A DNA stretch of 64,000 nucleotides from an uncultured Acidobacteriota bacterium (lineage in GTDB: Bacteria; Acidobacteriota; Terriglobia; Acidiferrales; UBA7541): contig CAVXIM010000019.1 in assembly GCA_963761945.1 (NCBI GenBank), positions 263,933 through 327,932 of the forward strand, given 5' to 3'. The position numbers and the translations under genes are program-made. Shown here piece after piece: positions 59,598 through 64,000 of this stretch (the stretch's first letter is position 1; each line of letters begins with the position of its first letter). Under the pieces are notes generated by a model that saw nothing but the letters and a program-made list of their open reading frames with translations, searched no databases and was not told where the DNA came from.

Positions 59598-60812
59598 TCA
59601 GCCGCGGTAGAGCCATCGCGCCAGATCCAGATTATGCTCGAAGTAATCGCTCGACGGCGCGTTTTTCGCGTGATAGATGAGCAAAGGGATGTTCCGTTCA
59701 TGTTCGGATCCGTGTGAGCGAAGCCCACTCGAGAAGTTCTCTTGTTCCGCATCCATCTCTCCGAAGAGCGTGTCCTTGTCGCCCCATACGACCAGATCTC
59801 CGATGCGCGATGCCATCAGTTTGTACTCGTGGGCCGTCTCATCGCGCCCGAGAATCCGCTCGCAGCCCTTTAGATCGGCCAGAATTCCCCGCACTCTGTC
59901 CCTATCCTGAGGGCTCTTGAGGTAGACGTACGCCGCTCCCGAACAGCCGCGGTTGTGTTTCACGTAGCGGTCGCGACCCGCGGAAAAGGCCTTGCGCAGC
60001 GGCACGCCGCGCCGGGCACAAACCTTCTCGAGATCGTAGCAGCGCGTCTTAGCGTTCATGCCATGGTCGGCGGTGACCAGGAACGCCGCATCCGGAGCCG
60101 CATTCATCGCTTGCCCGAAAAGTTCGTCAAGGCGCGCGAGGTGCTCTCTCGACTCGGGCGCCTCCGGAGGCCACATATGCATGGGGTAATCAGTTGTGTG
60201 GATGTAAAGACAACCGATGTCCGGGCGGCTTCGCAGAATATAGATGGCGGCGCGCAGCAGCCAATGGTTGATTTCGCTGCTGTAGATTGGCGGCGCGGGA
60301 CCAAGCCGTTTCACCCATTCCGGAGTCGGCTCCTCGGCTGTCAGCACAATTTCCGCCCCGCGCAGGAGAAAAGTGACCGTCTTCGCCTTACTCGAAAGGA
60401 GCGCCGACTTTACACCTTGCCTGGCAGCCCGTTCAAAGAGCGTGGGAGCAAGCAAGAGATCGGCCGATTCCATGTAGTCTTCGACCCCGCGCTTTTCGTC
60501 GAAGTAGGAATTTCCGGTGATGCCGTGCACTTCGGGCCAAACCCCGCAGCAGATTGAGGCGTTATTGACGTTGGTAACCGAAGGCATCAAACCGGTTACA
60601 GATTTGTATAGCCCGTCGCGTTTCCATTGGCTGAGAACGGGCATCCTGCTTTCGGCGAGGTAGTCGAGCCCAAACCCGTCGAACATAATGACGACGGTCC
60701 TTTGTAGTGAGCTTCGCCGGCCTTGCGCGCCCGCGAAGGGCGCTAAAACCGCGGATGCACCAGCAGCCGCCCCGTATTTGAGGAAAGTTCGCCGGCTGGG
60801 GAGATGAATCAT
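59598..60812 (-). CDS. Alkaline-phosphatase-superfamily phosphodiesterase/pyrophosphatase with Tat signal
   Basis: 'SRRTFLKYGAAAGASAVLAPFAGA' (twin-Arg), 'VVIMFDGFGLDY', 'MPSVTNVNNASICCG', 'VTADHGM'. Confidence 0.6.
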   Translation of the reverse strand: MIHLPSRRTFLKYGAAAGASAVLAPFAGAQGRRSSLQRTVVIMFDGFGLDYLAESRMPVLSQWKRDGLYKSVTGLMPSVTNVNNASICCGVWPEVHGITGNSYFDEKRGVEDYMESADLLLAPTLFERAARQGVKSALLSSKAKTVTFLLRGAEIVLTAEEPTPEWVKRLGPAPPIYSSEINHWLLRAAIYILRSRPDIGCLYIHTTDYPMHMWPPEAPESREHLARLDELFGQAMNAAPDAAFLVTADHGMNAKTRCYDLEKVCARRGVPLRKAFSAGRDRYVKHNRGCSGAAYVYLKSPQDRDRVRGILADLKGCERILGRDETAHEYKLMASRIGDLVVWGDKDTLFGEMDAEQENFSSGLRSHGSEHERNIPLLIYHAKNAPSSDYFEHNLDLARWLYRG

Positions 60813-60954
60813 CGATTCGTCCGGCCAAAACCAGTCTTGAGGATCGACCTAAAAGCTCCGCTCAGTTCAAAACGCAGCTGACTAGCTCGCGCGAACTGGC
60901 TGGCGTTACCGGCTCATCGTGCGCGGCAAGCTGAGATGCCCAGCGCTCGATGAG

Positions 60955-61368
60955 CTATTCGGGTTTGTCGTACTTCTGATCTCCCAGAGCGCTATCTTTC
61001 AAAGATGAGCCATCGGGCAGCACCATCTTATTCAGGCGTCCGACCGAATTGCCGGTCTTCGATTGAAAGATATAAGCGGTAATTACGTCTCCTGGTTTGA
61101 CGGAATTTTTCGTCCAGCCAATCAGCGTCAGAGCCGAAGGACTGCCCGCTTCCGCAGCCCAATGTGCAACGTTGCCTTTGTCATCCTTCGCGTCGAACAT
61201 AACAATGGAGTGGGGATTCGCCCAGATGAACTTGGTCACGGTTGCGTCCTTCAAGACAACCACTTTGGTCGTCTCATAGACCGCGCTGCCGTGGTGAGCA
61301 AACGTTGGCCCGCAAACCGCTAAAAGACCAGCAAGCAAACCAGCAAAAACGATCGGCTTATTCTTCAT
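60955..61368 (-). CDS. DUF6152-like small secreted protein, paralog 1
   Basis: Signal peptide ending 'GPTFA|HHGSA'. Conserved His residues also occur in 'NPHS' and 'AHW'. It is highly similar to 63368..63838. The DUF6152 family name is recalled from memory. Confidence 0.6.
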   Translation of the reverse strand: MKNKPIVFAGLLAGLLAVCGPTFAHHGSAVYETTKVVVLKDATVTKFIWANPHSIVMFDAKDDKGNVAHWAAEAGSPSALTLIGWTKNSVKPGDVITAYIFQSKTGNSVGRLNKMVLPDGSSLKDSALGDQKYDKPE

Positions 61369-61479
61369 CTAGTGCCTCCCCGGAGGGTACGGTATGAGAC
61401 CGGAGCGTACGCCAGGCGGAGTGACGTGTCAATCACGCCAGACATGGCGTCTCGTCCAAGTCTGGAGAAAGATGTCAGC

Positions 61480-62712
61480 CTACTTCTTGCCTTTCGGCCA
61501 TAACACGCCTTGGTCATCTTTTGTAACTGGACCGAGACCCTTGTAAACGAATTTCTGCACGCGCTGCCCGTGGTAGGTCTCCGTGGTGAAGATATTGCCT
61601 TTCGAATCCGTGGCGATGCTGTGCACGCCATAAAATTCGCCGGGCTGGCGTCCGCCCTCGCCGAAGGTCGTCAACACCTCGAGCGTATCGCGCAAGATGA
61701 TGTGCACCCTGTCGTTCTCGCCATCGGCAAGATAGATGTACTTTTGCTCTGGATCTTTCGAGAAGGCAATGTCCCAAGCCGATCCGGAACCCAGCGTCCT
61801 CTTCGCCACAAACGCTTCCTTCACGAACGTGCCATCGGGCTTGAACACCTGAAGACGGTCGTTGGCACGGTCGCAGACATACAACAAGCGATCGTTCGAG
61901 AGATCCGCGCAGTGCACCGGATTGCGGAACTGTTGGGCCGGCGGCGCGTCCGGATTGTAAGCGCCGAGGTCGGTGTCTTCGGGCTTGTGGCCGTAGGCGC
62001 CCCAATGGCGCTTGTACTTGCCGGTCTCCGCGTCGTAGACGATCACGCGATGATTGCCGTAGCCGTCGGCGACAAACACTTCATTGGTTTCCTTATCTAT
62101 GAATGTCTTGGCGGGCAGCCGAAGGTTCTCCACGTCGTTGCTGCCTTTGCTTTGGTTGGGATGACCGATTTGCATCAGGAATTTGCCGTCCTGCGTGAAC
62201 TTCAGGACCATATTGTCGTTGAAGCTGGCGCCGCCGCTCACCTGTGTCTCGTCGCCGCCGCCTTGCGCACCCCGGCCATTGCCGCCAATCCACACGTTGC
62301 CCTTGTAGTCGACGGTGATCCCGTGGTTTGAGGACGGCCAATCATAGCCTTTGCCAGGACCGCCCCAGTGGGCGATCAGGTTTCCTGCTTCATCGAAGGC
62401 CAGAACCGGCGGGGCCGCAGCGCAGCACTGGGCGATCGGCGGATTCGTCGTCGCGTGCAGTTCGCCTCGTTCGAGCGAGCCTTGCCGATGGATGATCCAG
62501 ATATGGTCCTGGCCGTCGACCGAGACTCCGATGGTCATGCCCAGGAGCCAGTGATCCGGCAAAGGCTTAGGCCAGAGCGGGTCGACTTCAAAGATGGGCG
62601 CCTGAACTCCGGCGGCCTCAACCGCGGCTTTCTTCTGTAGCACCGAGGACCCGATCCCGAGCAGGCCGATGATCACGAGAAAAGTTGCGCCCTTGTAGAG
62701 ATCGCGTCTCAT
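61480..62712 (-). CDS. NHL-repeat six-bladed propeller, peptidyl-alpha-hydroxyglycine alpha-amidating lyase (PAL)-like
   Basis: An N-terminal anchor, then 'VADGYGNHRVIVYDAETGKYKRHWGAYG', 'YVCDRANDRLQVFKPDGTF', 'IYLADGENDRVHIILRDT', 'HSIATDSKGNIFTTE'. The DGYxNxR pattern recalls the PAL 'DGYCNSR'. Confidence 0.6.
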   Translation of the reverse strand: MRRDLYKGATFLVIIGLLGIGSSVLQKKAAVEAAGVQAPIFEVDPLWPKPLPDHWLLGMTIGVSVDGQDHIWIIHRQGSLERGELHATTNPPIAQCCAAAPPVLAFDEAGNLIAHWGGPGKGYDWPSSNHGITVDYKGNVWIGGNGRGAQGGGDETQVSGGASFNDNMVLKFTQDGKFLMQIGHPNQSKGSNDVENLRLPAKTFIDKETNEVFVADGYGNHRVIVYDAETGKYKRHWGAYGHKPEDTDLGAYNPDAPPAQQFRNPVHCADLSNDRLLYVCDRANDRLQVFKPDGTFVKEAFVAKRTLGSGSAWDIAFSKDPEQKYIYLADGENDRVHIILRDTLEVLTTFGEGGRQPGEFYGVHSIATDSKGNIFTTETYHGQRVQKFVYKGLGPVTKDDQGVLWPKGKK

Positions 62713-62966
62713 AATCTTTCCTCCTTCGTCTCTGTGTCCTTGGCTCTTCAGGCGCCAAGCTCAGTGGTTCGAAAATAATGCAGGCAATCTTGCGGACCCG
62801 ACGGGCGCCACTATACACGATTGGACTTAGCCGCGATGCGTTATTTTCGATTCCCGATTCGCAGCCGCTCGGAGGCAGATTTGAAGTCCATGCGGCCGCC
62901 AGGGGAGTCACCACGATTAGAGGTTCGGCTGCGAATTTCAAATGGGGAAACCACAGAAAAGAATGA

Positions 62967-63007
62967 TGGCCTGGACTGACTTGAACAGTCGACCTCACCC
63001 TTATCAG
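62967..63007 (-). pseudogene. tRNA-Ile(GAT) 3' half remnant (anticodon loop to acceptor end)
   Basis: The minus strand reads 'CTGATAA GGGTG AGGTC GACTG TTCAAGT CAGTC CAGGCCA'. The T-arm is perfect. No D-arm or 5' acceptor strand lies upstream ('GCAAA' cannot pair with GGGTG). Confidence 0.7.
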
Positions 63008-63367
63008 TTTGCTCGGCGGTCTGGGAATAGATGAGATCAAATGAGTACAAGTTGCATCACCGCAATGGTTTAGGTGAGATTTGCCCGGATGGCTCTTGCA
63101 AGCAGTTGCACCGCGTTTGTGCCACTTAGATGGGCTAGCATGGCAGGGTTATGTCACAAAGCACGGCACAAATTACTGTTAAGGATTGCCCAAACTGCCG
63201 GAGTGCCCGCGAGCAAACTGTGTCGAGCGCGCGCCGGAGTCTTTCCAGCTTTGCGGAACAAGGGGATGAGTATATGATCATGCCGTTTTGGAAGTGAAAA
63301 ATTCATTCCAGCATATATCCCTCGCTGGTTTGGGTCGGACCGGGAACGTTCTTTTACGAGGTGCCGA

Positions 63368-63838
63368 ATGAAAAGCAAGTTGCTCATGCAGTTCGTCTTG
63401 GCCGTTGGTCTTCTAGCCGTTTGCGGCTCTGCGCTGGCGCATCATGGGGGCGCGGCTTACAGTGACAAGCTCGTTGAGTTGAAGCAAGCAACGGTGACGA
63501 AGTTCCTGTGGTCTAGTCCTCATAGCTTGGTCAATTTTGATGTGAAGGACGACAAAGGGAACGTCGTGCATTGGGTTGTTGAAACGGGCCCGCCCTCGGC
63601 GCTTCAGCTCATCGGTTGGAGCAAGACTTCCTTCGGGCCTGGGGACGTAGTTACCGTCTACTTGTACCCCACCAAAGCGGGTAACCCGGTCGGCCGCCTC
63701 CAAAAAATCGTGCTGTCCGATGGGACCCAGTTACATGATACTCAGCTTGGCGGGGACGGGCAAAAGGGCCGGTACGTCAGTCCTGACGAGTATGAGAAGG
63801 GAAGCAACGATGCCAAGGGAAGTAACGACGCCAAGTAG
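63368..63838 (+). CDS. DUF6152-like small secreted protein, paralog 2 (C-terminal KGSNDA x2)
   Basis: Signal peptide ending 'GSALA|HHGGAA', with 'SPHS' and 'VHW'. The tail is 'EKGSNDAKGSNDAK'. Confidence 0.6.
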   Translation: MKSKLLMQFVLAVGLLAVCGSALAHHGGAAYSDKLVELKQATVTKFLWSSPHSLVNFDVKDDKGNVVHWVVETGPPSALQLIGWSKTSFGPGDVVTVYLYPTKAGNPVGRLQKIVLSDGTQLHDTQLGGDGQKGRYVSPDEYEKGSNDAKGSNDAK

Positions 63839-64000
63839 CCAAAGGGTCGCTGTAGCCCGATAGCCGAACTGTAGAGAATGAAGGCGAGCCGAGCACTGGG
63901 CTCACGTGCTTTTCGCTTATGCGTCTGTGCAAATATAGGATTTCACGTGCGCCATGATTAAAACGAAGGAGAGAACGGGGATGCGGAATCGGGTCGCCGA

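Noticed and set aside
63981-64000. Start of a further CDS (ATG 63981 preceded by AAGGAG)
   Set aside because: Only 20 nt lie inside the window, so neither product nor reality can be assessed.

Overview
This is a high-GC bacterial chromosomal segment. GC content was judged by eye, not computed. Gene content and repeat style suggest an Acidobacteriota-like soil organism, but that is inference and cannot be verified here. I support about 60 protein genes, one tRNA-Val(CAC), one tRNA-Ile 3'-half remnant, a CIRCE/sigma70 promoter for groES-groEL, two strong intrinsic terminators and several small repeat families. I recognised no rRNA, CRISPR array, transposase or integrase. The housekeeping content is: uvrB, an M16 peptidase pair, comEA, ribBA, groES-groEL, ftsY-ribD-ribE, MoxR-DUF58-(mutY)-TgpA, rimO, yacG, pgpA, cinA, thpR, plsY-gpsA, mscL, an HD-GYP protein, an ECF sigma/anti-sigma/DUF3106 set, kdoO with a 2Fe-2S ferredoxin, a Dps-like ferritin and oxyR. 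Five items stand out. (1) A tightly packed 10-gene lipid operon at 44.4-55.7 kb carries two acyl-AMP ligases, an ACP, two reductive-release SDRs, a crotonase, a pyruvyl-transferase-fold protein, a lipid kinase and an acyltransferase. A CDP-alcohol phosphatidyltransferase converges on it. It is a candidate accessory (ether/fatty-alcohol-derived?) glycerolipid pathway. (2) Nine conserved genes are broken by single-nucleotide frame changes; five sit at identifiable short homopolymers. This most likely reflects assembly indels and affects every ORF call in the window. (3) An orientation-biased ~60-nt element lies just downstream of stop codons. One copy sits in the groES-groEL spacer and another is flanked by a perfect 24-nt direct repeat. 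(4) A tRNA-Ile(GAT) 3' half lies in an AT-richer 655-nt non-coding gap. (5) An inverted pair of DUF6152-like secreted paralogs, each with a His-His mature N-terminus, flanks a PAL-like NHL propeller.
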